Assembly (NCBI RefSeq): GCF_009914755.1
Contig: NC_060928.1
Length of the DNA: 64,000 nucleotides
Strand: one strand, 5' to 3'
Source of the DNA: the human T2T-CHM13v2.0 reference genome, Homo sapiens
The notes beneath the pieces were generated by a model. The model made no database searches. It worked only from the letters and a program-made list of their open reading frames with translations, and was not told the origin of the DNA. Shown here piece by piece: positions 1-10,921 of this stretch. How positions within the stretch are numbered: the stretch's first letter is position 1; every line of letters begins with the position of its first letter. The position numbers and the translations under genes are program-made.

Positions 1-790
1 CTCGAGCTTGCCTAACTCAGTTCTTACAATTTAAAACTTGGTGGGCAGATGAAGCTTCCATTCAGGCTGCTCGCAATGCCCAGGCCCAACATCAAATTAA
101 TATAACTGCAGACCAACTTTTGGGGGTTGGCAGCTGGGCTGGTTTAGATGCACAAGTGGTCATGCAGGATGATGCCATAGTACAGCTTAAAGGAGTATGC
201 ATTAGAGCTTGGGAAAAAATCACTTCAGGTGGAGAGCGATACCCTTCCTTCAGAGCTGTAAAACAGAGTCCAAAAGAACCGTACATGGATTTTATAGCTC
301 GGTTACAGGAGTCTCTTAAAAAGGTGATTGCAGATTTGGCCGCTCAGGATATAGCATTGCGGTTATTAGCTTTTGACAATACTAATTCCGATTGCCAGGC
401 TGCTCTGAGACCTATTAGAGGGAAAGCACATTCAGTTGATTATATCAAGGCCTGTGATGGTATCAGAGGTAATCTGCATAAGGCTACTCTGCTAGCATAG
501 GCAATGGCAGGACTGAGAGTGGCTAAAGGAAATACTCTGTTTCCTGGAGCTTGTTTTAACTGGAAGCATGGTCATACTAAAAAATAATGTAGAAAAAATC
601 AGCAAGTCAGGCTGCCAGATAGGGGAAAAAAGAAAACTGCTGAGCCTGAAATATGTCCAATATGTAAAAAAGGAAAACATTGGGCTAATCAGTGTCACTC
701 TAAGTTGATAAAGATGGGAACCCAATTTTGGGAAATGCCATTTGGGGCCTGTCCTGGGCCCCATTCCAAACAGGGGCATTTCCAACTCAG
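1..790 (+). pseudogene. gag: gag remnant (capsid C-terminal part and nucleocapsid)
   Basis: ORF 120-500 has the major homology region (FRAVKQSPKEPYMDFIARLQESL) and a premature TAG at 498-500. The second zinc knuckle CPICKKGKHWANQC is at 654-695; the first knuckle is frameshifted. Confidence 0.88.
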
Positions 791-1655
791 GTCATTCCCT
801 CACTCCTGTACAAGGTCTGTCCCCCACCACAGCCGGTAGTGCCACAGTAGATTTATTCTGCATGAAAGCTGTGAGCCTTCTGCCTGGGGAACCCCTGCCA
901 AAGGTCCCAACAGGAGTCTGTGGACCCTTGCCAGCAGGGACGATAGGATTACTTCTAGGAAGTCTAGTTTAAATTTAAAAGGGGTACAAATACATACAGG
1001 AGTCATTGACTCAGATTACAATGGGGAAATTCAAGTTCTTATATCTACTTCTGTTCCCTGGAAAGTAGAGCCAGGAGAGCACATAGCACAGCTCCTGATT
1101 GTGCCGGATGTGGGAATGGGAAAAAGTGAAATTAAATGAACAGGAGGGCTTGAAAGCACAAATAAACAAGGCAAAGCAGCTTATTGGGTAAATCAAATTT
1201 CTGATAAATGTCTTACCTATGAAATAACTATTCAGGGAAAGAAATTTAAAGGTTTGGTAGATACAGGAGTGGACATTTGAGTCATTTCTTTACAGCTCTG
1301 GCCGTCCATGTGGCCAATTCAATCCACTCAATTTAACATAGTTGGAGTTGGTAAAGCCCCTGAAGCATATCAAAGTAGTTACATTTTGCATTGTGAAGGG
1401 CCTGATGGACAACCTGGAACTATTCAACCAATTACAACTTCTTTACCTATAAATTTATGAGGGAGAGATTTATTACAACAAAGGGGAGCACAAGTTCTAA
1501 TTCCAGAACAATTATATAGCCCTTAAAGTCAACATATGATGCATGAAATGGGCCATGTCCCTGGTATGGGACTAGAAAAAAATTTGCAAGGTTTGAAAGA
1601 ACCGCTTCAAGCAGAAAGACAAAGTTCCCACCAAAGATTAGGATATCATTTTTGA
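730..1655 (+). pseudogene. pro: pro remnant: dUTPase, aspartic protease and G-patch
   Basis: dUTPase motifs GSATVDL, GVIDSDYNGEI and IAQLLIV; protease LVDTG (DTG at 1260-1268) and GRDLL; G-patch-like [15 protein letters not shown]. Several stops and a frameshift near 960. Confidence 0.88.
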
Positions 1656-4323
1656 TGGTGGCCATTGTTAAGCCTCCAGAAGCTATACCTTTAAAATGGT
1701 TAACAGATAAGCCAATTTGGATAGAACAATGGCCGCTAAGTAAAGAGAAACTGGAGGCTTTAGAGGAATTAGTTACTGAACAATTAGAAAATGGGCACAT
1801 AGCTCCAGCATTTTCCCCTTGGAATTCTCCAGTTTTTGTAATAAAAAAAAAATCAGGTAAATGGAAATGATAACTGACTTAAGAGCCATCAATTCAGTCA
1901 TACAATCTATGGGAGCATTACAGCCAGAATTGCCTTCTCCTGCTTTAATTCCAAAAAACCGGCCTTTAATAGGCATAGATTTAAAAGACTGTTTCTTTAC
2001 TATCCTCTTAGCTGAGCAAGACTGTGAAAGGTTTGCATTTACAATTCCTGCAGTAAACAACCTGCAGCCTGCTAAGAGTTTTCACTGGGAAGTGTTGCCA
2101 CAGGCATGTTAAACAGTCCAACAAGTTGGCAGATGTATGCAGGGCAAGCAATTGAACCTACAAGTAAAATTTTTTCACAGTGTTACATTTTTCATTATAT
2201 GGATGATATAATTTGTGCTGCCCCCACTCGAGAAATATTACTCCAATGTTATGATCACTTGCAATATTCGATTTCTCATGCTGGTTTAATTATAGCTCCT
2301 GACAAAATTCAGACTACTACTCCTTACTCCTACTTAGAGACCTTAGTAAATGACACTACCATTGTGCCACAGAAAGTAGCAATACATAGGGATCAATTGA
2401 AAACTTTAAATGACTTTCAAAAATTACTAGGGGACATTAATTGGATACGACCTGCTCTAGGCATTCCTACCTATGCCATGAGTAATCTGTTTTCTATCCT
2501 TAGAGGAAATCCTAGTCTCACTAGCCCTTGGCAATTTAACAAAGGAAGCTAAGGCAGAGTTACAATTAATTGAAAAGCAAGTCCATAAAGCTCAAATAAA
2601 TAGAATGGATCCAGAGAAGACTCTAGATTTGCTAATTTTTTCAACTCAGCATTCACCTACTGGTGTTATTGTCCAAGAACAGGACTTAGTAGAGTGGCTT
2701 TTTCTTCTACATACTAATTCACAGACTCTAACTCCTTATTTAGATCAAATTGCTACTATGATAGGAAATAGGAGAACTCAGATTGTTAAGTTACATGGAT
2801 ATGATCCTGGAAAAATTATTGTCCCTCTCACGCAGGCACAAATACAGCAAGCTTTTATAAATAGTCTTACTTGGCAAACCCATTTAGCTGACTTTGTGAG
2901 TATTCTCGATAATCATTTTCCTAAAATGAAAGTGTTTCAGTTTTTGAAATTAGCTAATTGGATTCTCCCTAAAATAACTAAATTTAAACCAATTGCATGT
3001 GCTGAGAATGTTTTTACAGATGGGTCTAGTAATGGTAAAGCTTCTTATTCTGGATCGAAAAGTAAAGTTTTCCAGATGCCCTATACTTCAGCTCAAAAAG
3101 CAGAGCTTGTAGCTATAATTGAGGTATTGATTGCTTTTGATATGCCTATTAATGTGATTTCTGATTCTTCATATGTGGTTCGTTCCATACAGTTAAATGA
3201 AAATCCTCAGTTACAATTTCATACAGATAAACAACTGATGACTTTATTTACCCAATTGCAAACAGCAGTTAGGAGTAGAATGCATCCTTTTTACATCACT
3301 CACATTAGGGCTCATACACCTCTTCCAGGACCTTTGACTGAAGGGAATCAAATGGCTGATCACCTATTTGCTAATGCAATATCTAATGCTAGACACTTTC
3401 ACAATTTAACCCATGTTAATGCCTCTGGTCTCAAACGCAGATCCAGTATTACCTGGAAAGAAGCTAAAGCTATTATCCAGTGATGCCCAACTTGCCAAAT
3501 GGTACATTCCTCATCTTTTACAGGAGGAGTTAATCCTCAAGGATTGGAACTTAATTCTCTTTGGCAAATGCATGTCACACATGTTCCCTCATTTGGGAGA
3601 CTAGCTTATGTACATGTATGTGTGGACACCTTTTCTCACTTTGTCTGGGCCACATGCCAATCAGGAGAGTCTTCTGCCTGTTTTAAATGTCACCTTTTGC
3701 AGTGTTTTGTGGTGATGGGCATTCCAGCTTCTATTAAAAAAAACAGATAATGCCCCAGGCTATACTAGCCAAGCTCTAACTGCATTTTTCTCTATGTGGA
3801 ATATTAAATACATTACTGGTATCCCATACAATTCTCAAGGACAAGCCATAGTGGAAAGAATGAATCTCTCCCTAAAACAGCAATTGCAAAAGCAGAGGGA
3901 AATAGAGAATATGGAACACCACAGATGCAACTGAATCTAGCATTATTAACTTTAAATTTTTTGAGCCTGCCCAAAGGCCAGATGTTATCAGCATCTGAAC
4001 AGCATCTACAGAAACCAGCTGCAAAGACAGAAGCAGAACAACTGGTTCGGTGCAGAGATCTGATAACAAAAAGTTGGGAAATAGGTAAAATAATAACTTG
4101 GGATAGAGGCTATGCTTGTGTTTCTCCAGGCCAAAATCAACAGCCAATTTGGATACCATCAAGACACCTGAAACCTTATCATGAGCCAGATGCCAAAGAA
4201 GAGATTCTGGGAGGATCCCAAGGACCCCATGGTTGCAGCCATGTCATGACTGATGCTGAGGAGGACCCCAACTGTCACAAGCAACACCCGTTGAACAGAG
4301 CTACCCACCTGGGGACAGATTAA
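1652..4323 (+). pseudogene. pol: pol remnant: RT, RNase H and integrase, multiply frameshifted
   Basis: [36 protein letters not shown] (2196-2207), RNase H FTDGSS, and integrase HHCC broken by a stop at 3481. The first catalytic Asp reads His (WQMHVTH). The C-terminus has WIPSRHLK. Confidence 0.92.
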
Positions 4324-5242
4324 GAAGTGGTCACAGATGGTGGAAGAAAACCTGAGGAAATCAAGACAACCAGTCACAATGAGTAATTTAATGGTAGCTA
4401 TGGTAGTGGTGATCATCATTGCCATGAATATTCCTTCAATAAGGGCTCACACAGAGAGCAAATATACTTATTGGGCATATTTATCAATCTTGGCTGGCAA
4501 TAATGCCTGGATGTAATCACTCTATGACACAGTTACACATGCTTTCTGGCCTCAGTATTTACCATAATAAATCTGCTCCTATAATTGAAGCACACTGCCC
4601 TCAGAAACCTATTTGTAAACAAAATTGAACCTGGCCAGAAAAAATGAACATACTTGTTTAGGAAGATTGCATTGCAGAACAGGCAGAGGTGCTGTGCAAC
4701 AATTCCTATGGAATCATTATTAATTGGTCCCCTAAGGGGATGTTTAGCTTAGATTGAACCTGTCAGTCTGCATGCCACAGCCACACTATGTTCAGATGGT
4801 CTGAACAAAATGGTCAGATGGTAGAAATGATAAGTACGGCAAGAGTTCCTATTATCTGGAAACATGGTGGTATAGTGGCATAGCAACCTCAAATGATATG
4901 GCCTGTTGTCGGAGCTAAACATAAGGACTTGTGGAAACTATTAATGACTCTTAATAAGATCAAAATTTGAGAACAAATATTTAAAGCATCCCATGCACAC
5001 CTGAACTTAATGCCAGGAACTGGAGTGCTTGAAGGAGCTGCAGACAGATTAGCAGCTAGTAACCTACTAAAATGGATAAAAACACTTTGAAGCTCTGTGA
5101 TTTCAATGATGATTGCACTTTTAACCTGTATTGTTTGTCTTTGTATAGTCTGCAGATGCAGATCCTGACTCCTGCAAGAAGTAGCTCACTGTGACAAAGC
5201 TGCCTTTGCTTTTATCGCTTTGCAAATCAAATAAGGGGGACA
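4250..5242 (+). pseudogene. env: env remnant, internally deleted (signal peptide and SU N-terminus fused to TM C-terminus)
   Basis: PTWGQIKK..., a hydrophobic signal and YTYWAY from ~4305. The TM tail [16 protein letters not shown]...CIVCLCIVCRC starts at 4971. Total length is only ~1 kb, with several stops. Confidence 0.8.
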
Positions 5243-5762
5243 TGTTGGGAACAGACCTCCCCACACACAAAATCTGGCCATAAACTGGCCCCAAAACTGG
5301 TCATAAACAAAATCTCTGCAGCACTGTGACATGTTTGTGATGGTCATGATGCCCATGCTGGAAGGTTGTGGGTTTATGGGAATGAGGGCAAGGAACACCT
5401 GGCCCACCCAGGGCGGAAAACCTCTTAAAGGCGTTCTTAAACCACAAACAATAGCATGAGCTATCTGTGCCTTAAGGACATGCTCCTGCTGCAGATAACA
5501 AGCCAAACCCATCCCTTTATTTCGGCCCATCCCTTTGTTTCCCATAAGGAATACTTTCAGTTAACCTATAATCTATAGAAACAATGCTTATCCCTGGCTT
5601 GCTGCTAATAAATACATGGGTAAATCTCTGTTCGAGGCTTTCAGCTCTGAAGGCTGTGAGACCCCTGATTTTCCACTCCACACCTCTATATTTCTGTGTG
5701 TGTGCCTTTAATTCCTATAGTGATGCTGGGTTAGAGTCTCCCTGACTGAGCTGGTCTTGGCA
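5243..5762 (+). mobile_element. 3' LTR, MER9 type (HML-3)
   Basis: Starts TGTTGGGAACAG directly after the PPT and contains ctggccataaactggccccaaaactgg. AATAAA at 5607-5612. Ends ...GGCA; 520 bp. Confidence 0.9.
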
Positions 5763-6079
5763 ATTAGAAAACTATGTTTACTTGCTCCCTTGTAACCTTG
5801 ATTTTGTCATGTATCTTTGCATATTTGTTTTTTGGTTTATAGAAAATCAAAGCAATCTAAACATAGTTTCTTTTTTTTCCAATTTTTATATACTGAGCTC
5901 TGTTTTGATCTATAGACCTTATATTTATTTTAAAATATTTTTAGATGTTTGGAAAGATGAATACCAAAGTAACATTGATTGTCTCTGGGAATAGGGGAAG
6001 ATTGAAAGATGTAGCTGTAAATCAGAATGATAGTGGAGAAATAGGTCTTTGATTTCTCATGTTTTTCTATATATTTTTA

Positions 6080-7480
6080 AATTTTTATTTTGAAATAATT
6101 ATGTTAACAAGAAATTATAAAGATAGTACAGGGAATTCCCATGTTCCCTTCTCACACTTTCTCCAAATGGTAATGTTATATTTTGTGCTATCTCTACTAT
6201 AGTATCAAAGCCAGGAATTTGACATTGGCACAAATGTATTTCTAGTTCTGTGTCATCACACGTGTAGATGCATGTAATCAGCACCACATTTTTCTGTATT
6301 TAAAAAAATTGAAGAAATGTACTTATGTTACATAATTAATTTTTAAAAGATGTTAAAATTACTATAATTTTATCATTCATTCAATTAGTAGCTATATAGT
6401 TTCAATTATTTGAATATCTCATAATTTATTTAACCAATCCTCTATTCTTAACCACTACCAATTCATTTGATATTACACACAGAACCAAGAAAACATTGAT
6501 GCACATTTACCTTTGCAAAATAGTCCAATGATTTTTTTCTGTAAGCATGATGGGTCAAACCATATGCAAATATTAAAAATATTTGCAGATTGCCTTCTAA
6601 AAATGTTGTATTAATCTAAACTCCCACTGAGAGTTTGAGTTAGTATTTTCTTGGATTGTAAAAAATGTACGTACTTTTAAAGGTTTCAGCACTTAGCAGC
6701 ATCCAGCACAAAGTAGATATCCCAAAAATAGGTGTCCAAGAAATTAATGCATGGAATAATTTACCAATTTTTAATGAAAAGACTGTAGCTTTTTATAAAT
6801 GAATTTTTCATTTGATTAGTGACAAAGGGGACTGTGGACCTTTCTTTGTAAAACTGGAAAATATTTTTGCTTATTTCTTCTGTGAACTTTCTCATCATTT
6901 CTTTGCCCTTTGAAATAAAAACACACTATAGTGTATTTTTTGCACTGATTCTTAATTTTTGTTTTAAATTAAATATATTAACTTCTCATTTGTTACAGAA
7001 TTAGCTAATTGTTCTTATCAGTTTTCATTTTACTTTAAGTTGTATCTGAGGTATTTTTGTATAAAATTATTTTTATTTTTGTGGATTCAAATCTAACCCT
7101 TTTTTGATATGGCTATTGAAGCTTTATTGGAATAAGTCATTCCTAATATGAAATCAGTTTATATTCACCTAATATAAGCTAATTTGTTTATAATTAATAT
7201 TTTAACTAAACATTTTATTGTATTTCATAATGTAGAACTCAAATTATTTTTCCCAATTAGTTAACCTCATGTGCAAACACTATTTGTTAATAAAATTTAC
7301 ATCATTCTCTAATTTGAAGAGTGGTCCTTGGAGGATGTTAACTTTTCCCATATATTAGGAACTGTGCCTTGGTTTGTTATTTTATTGTTTTGTTTTGCTT
7401 ACTGTTTTATTTTAGTAGTCTCAACTTGCTTTAATATTTGTGCATTATAAGATATTTAAGTATCTAGCAGTGACATCCAA
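6080..7480 (-). mobile_element. Old L1M (L1MC/L1ME-type) fragments
   Basis: T-rich, highly diverged L1 3'UTR/ORF2-like text, e.g. gggaattcccatgttccc... and ttaaccaatcctctatt. Confidence 0.5.
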
Positions 7481-8291
7481 ACAATATTATTTTGGAAAAT
7501 TGCCATGCCAATTAACTTTTGAAATAAAAAACTTCACTAAAACAAAGTATTTTTATTATTTGTAATTGCTTATTTTTTCCCATAATTAAATTCCAATCAC
7601 AACCTCAAGTAGAGTTTACTTTTTTGATAAACTTTTTGTATAGTGGAATTGAAACATGGATGTCTAACCAACAATTACACCCTCTTTGCCATCCTTCTCA
7701 AAGAACTAAGACCTTACAAGGGAGAAGCCAATTGGGAATTTGGAAGGGAGGGCGGGAGTGATACTTATTTGTGAGAAACATTGAGGATATTTTGTGGAAA
7801 CAGCCCAGAGGTGATAGAGTTGAAGAGGCCAAGTCCCATACATGTGAAACAGTAACATGCCTAGGAATTACTTAGAGAAATGTCCCAAATAAATGACATA
7901 AATGCCCTAATTGTGATAGAAATTTGAGGTCAAGGACCACACAAACACTGAAATATCATCTCTCTGGTAAAGACACCTAAATATTACACAGTCTTAATTC
8001 TCTGAACACCAGACTCCTCCATGCAATTTCTTACCCAACATCTCTTTATGTGTGGGTAATAGCATTTTGATTCTTGTCTTATACAACCCTCCCTCTGATT
8101 CCAAATCCACTTATTGCCATATCTTCCTCATTTTGACTTCAACACTAATCACATGGTTGCTTAGAATAAATACCTAGGGGTTACTGATTATCCTTTATTT
8201 CTCTCTCCCTTTCCCTTATATCCACAGTTAGCCTACCATCAAGTTATTTAGCCTACCATCAAGTTCTTTGGACTACTTCTTAAAATTAAGC

Positions 8292-9322
8292 GGGTGGAGC
8301 CAAGATGACTGAATAGGAACAGCTCCAGCCTACAGCTCCCTGCGTGAGCGACACAGAAGACGGGTGATTTCTGCATTTCCAACTGAGGTACCGGGTTCAT
8401 CTCACTGGGGAGTGCTGGACAGTGGGTGCAGGAAAGTGGGTGCAGTGCACCCTGTGTGAGCCCAAGCAGGGCAAGGCATCATCTCACCCAGGAAGTGCAA
8501 GGGGTCAGGGAATTCCCTTTCCTAGTCAAAGAAAGGGGTGATAGACAGCACCTGGAAAAATCGGGTCAATGCCACCCTAATACTGTGCTTTTCCAATGGG
8601 CTTAACAAATGGCACACCAGGTGATTATATCCCGCACCTGGCTCGGAGGGACCTACGCCCACAGGGCCTCACTCATTGCTAGCACAGCAGTCTGAGATCA
8701 AGCTGCAAGGCAGCAGCAAGGCTGGGGGAGGGGTGCCCGCCATTGCTCAGGCTTAAGTAGGTAAACAAAGCAGCTGGGAAGCTCGAACTGGGTGGAGCCC
8801 ACCACAGCTCAAGGAGGCCTGCCTGCCTGCCTCTGTAGGCTCCACCTCTGGGGGCCGAGCACAGACAAACAAAAGACAGCAATAACCTCTGAAGACTTAA
8901 ATGTCCCTGTCTAACAGCTTTAAAAAGAGTAGAGGTTCTCCCAGCATGCAGCTTGAGATCTGAGAACAGGCAGACTGCCTCCTCAAGTGGGTCCCTGACT
9001 CCTCAGTAGCCTAACTGGGAGGCACCCCCCAGTAGGGGTGGACTGACACCTCACACGGCCAGGTACTCCTCTGAGACAAAACTTCCAGAGGAACGATCAG
9101 GCAGCAGCATTTGGGGTTCACCAATATCTGCTGTTCTGCAGCCACCGCTGCTGATACCCAGGCACACAGGGTCTGGAGTGGACCTCCAGTAAATCCCAAC
9201 AGACCTGCAGCTGAGGGTCCTGACTGTTAGAAGGAAAACTAACAAACAGAAAGGACATCCACACCAAAAACCCATCTGTAGGTCACCATTATCAAAGACC
9301 AAAGGTAGATAAAACCACAAAG
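8292..9322 (+). promoter_or_regulatory. L1 5'UTR (internal sense promoter and antisense promoter region)
   Basis: Matches the primate L1 5'UTR, including the ~129-bp segment (9070-9197) absent from L1HS/L1PA2. The YY1 core aagatgg reads aagatga. Confidence 0.75.
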
Positions 9323-10339
9323 ATGGGGAAAAAACAGAGCAGAAAAACCGGAAACTCTAAAAATCAGAGCGCCTCACCTCCCCCAAAAGAACACAGCTCC
9401 TCACCAGCAATGGAACAAAGCTGGATGGAGAATGACTTTGACGAGTTGAGAGAGGAAGGCTTCAGAAGATCAAACTACTCCAAGCTAAAGGAGGAAGTTC
9501 AAACCAATGGCAAAGAAGTTAAAAACTTTGAAAAAAAATTAGACGAATGGCTAACTAGAATAACCAATGCAGAGAAGTCCTTAAAGGACCTGATGGAGCT
9601 GAAAACCATGGCACAAGAACTACGTGATGAATGCCCAAGCCTCAGTAACCGATGCGATCAACTGGAAGAAAGGGTATCAGCGATGGAAGACGAAATGAAT
9701 GAAATGAAGCGAGAAGAGAAGTTCAGAGAAGAAAGAATAAAGAGAAACGAACAAAGCCTCCAAGAAATGTGGGACTATGTGAAAAGACCAAATCTGCATC
9801 TGATAGGTGTACCTGAAAGTGACGGGGAGAATGGAACCAAGTTGGAAAACACTCTGCAGGGTATTATCCAGGAGAACTTCCCCAATCTAGCAAGGCAGGC
9901 CAACTTTCAAATTCAGGAAATACAGAGAATGCCACAAACATACTTCTCGAGAAGAGCAACTCCAAGACACAGAATTGTCAGATTCACCACAGTTGAAATG
10001 AAGGAAAAAATGTTAAGGGCAGCCAGAGAGAAAGGTCGGGTTACCCACAAAAGGAAGCCCATCAGACTAACAGCTGATCTCTCGGCAGAAACTCTACAAG
10101 CCAGAAGAGAGTGGGGGCCAATATTCAACAGTCTTAAAGAAAAGAATTTTCAACCCAGAATTTCCTATCCAGCCAAACTAAGCTTCATAAGTGAAGAAGA
10201 AATAAAATACTTTACAGACAAGCAAATGCTGAGAGATTTTGTCACCACCAGGCCTGCCCTAAAAGAGCTTCTGAAGGAAGCACTAAACATGGAAAGGAAC
10301 AACCAGTACCAGCCACTGCAAAAACATGCCAAATTGTAA
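9323..10339 (+). CDS. ORF1: LINE-1 ORF1p (RNA-binding chaperone), uninterrupted 338 aa
   Basis: MGKKQ start, coiled coil, and conserved REKG, ARREWG and YPAKLS motifs. Canonical length. Confidence 0.9.
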   Translation: MGKKQSRKTGNSKNQSASPPPKEHSSSPAMEQSWMENDFDELREEGFRRSNYSKLKEEVQTNGKEVKNFEKKLDEWLTRITNAEKSLKDLMELKTMAQELRDECPSLSNRCDQLEERVSAMEDEMNEMKREEKFREERIKRNEQSLQEMWDYVKRPNLHLIGVPESDGENGTKLENTLQGIIQENFPNLARQANFQIQEIQRMPQTYFSRRATPRHRIVRFTTVEMKEKMLRAAREKGRVTHKRKPIRLTADLSAETLQARREWGPIFNSLKEKNFQPRISYPAKLSFISEEEIKYFTDKQMLRDFVTTRPALKELLKEALNMERNNQYQPLQKHAKL

Positions 10340-10402
10340 AGACCATCAAGGCTAGGAAGAAACTGCATCAACTAACGAGCAAAATAACCAGCTACCATCA
10401 TA

Positions 10403-10921
10403 ACGACAGGATCAAATTCACACATAACAATACTAACTTTAAATGTAAATGGGCTAAATGCTCCAATTAAAATACACAGACTGGCAAATTGGATAAAGAG
10501 TCAAGACCCATCAGTGTGCTGTATTCAGGAAACCCATCTCACATGCAGAGACACAAATAGGCTCAAAATAAAGGCATGGAGGAAGATCTACCAAGCAAAT
10601 GGAAAACAAAAAAAGGCAGGGGTTGCAATCCTAGTCTTGGGTAAAACAGACTTTAAACAAACAAAGATCAAAAGAGACAAAGAAGGCCATTACCTAATGG
10701 TAAAGGGATCAATTCAACAAGAAGAGCTAACTATCCTAAATATATATGCACCCAATACAGGAGCACCCAGATTCATAAAGCAAGTCCTTAGTGACCTACA
10801 AAGAGACTTAGACTCCCACACAATAATAATGGGAGACTTTAACACCCCACTGTCAACATTGGACAGATCAACGAGACACAAAAAAACAACTGTTTCAATT
10901 AGACAAAACTTTGTGTATTAG
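10403..10921 (+). pseudogene. ORF2: L1 ORF2 endonuclease N-terminal fragment
   Basis: Start codon is ACG at 10403. The frame stays open through IQETHL, NIYAPN and GDFNTPL, breaks at ~10878, and runs into flanking sequence to a TAG at 10921. Confidence 0.85.

Larger units (their letters stand above)
1..5762 (+). mobile_element. HERV-K(HML-3)/HERVK9 betaretrovirus-like provirus, 3' part (5' end lies outside the window), defective
   Basis: Colinear gag-dUTPase/pro-pol-env remnants, a polypurine tract aaataagggggaca (~5229-5242), then a MER9-type LTR with TG...CA ends. Confidence 0.9.
8292..10878 (+). mobile_element. L1PA4-like LINE-1: full 5'UTR, ORF1 and start of ORF2; 3'-truncated
   Basis: Begins ggagccaagatg(a)ctgaataggaacagctcc shortly after a TT|AAAA site (8280-8285). 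The 5'UTR is ~1030 bp. L1 similarity stops at gacagatcaacgagaca. Confidence 0.93.

Noticed and set aside
2605-3483. 292-aa pol ORF as a functional protein
   Set aside because: It is a connection/RNase H fragment between a frameshift and a stop, within a heavily mutated pol.
8679-8882. 67-aa antisense ORF as L1 ORF0
   Set aside because: It is in a different frame. True ORF0 starts at 8743 and is truncated.
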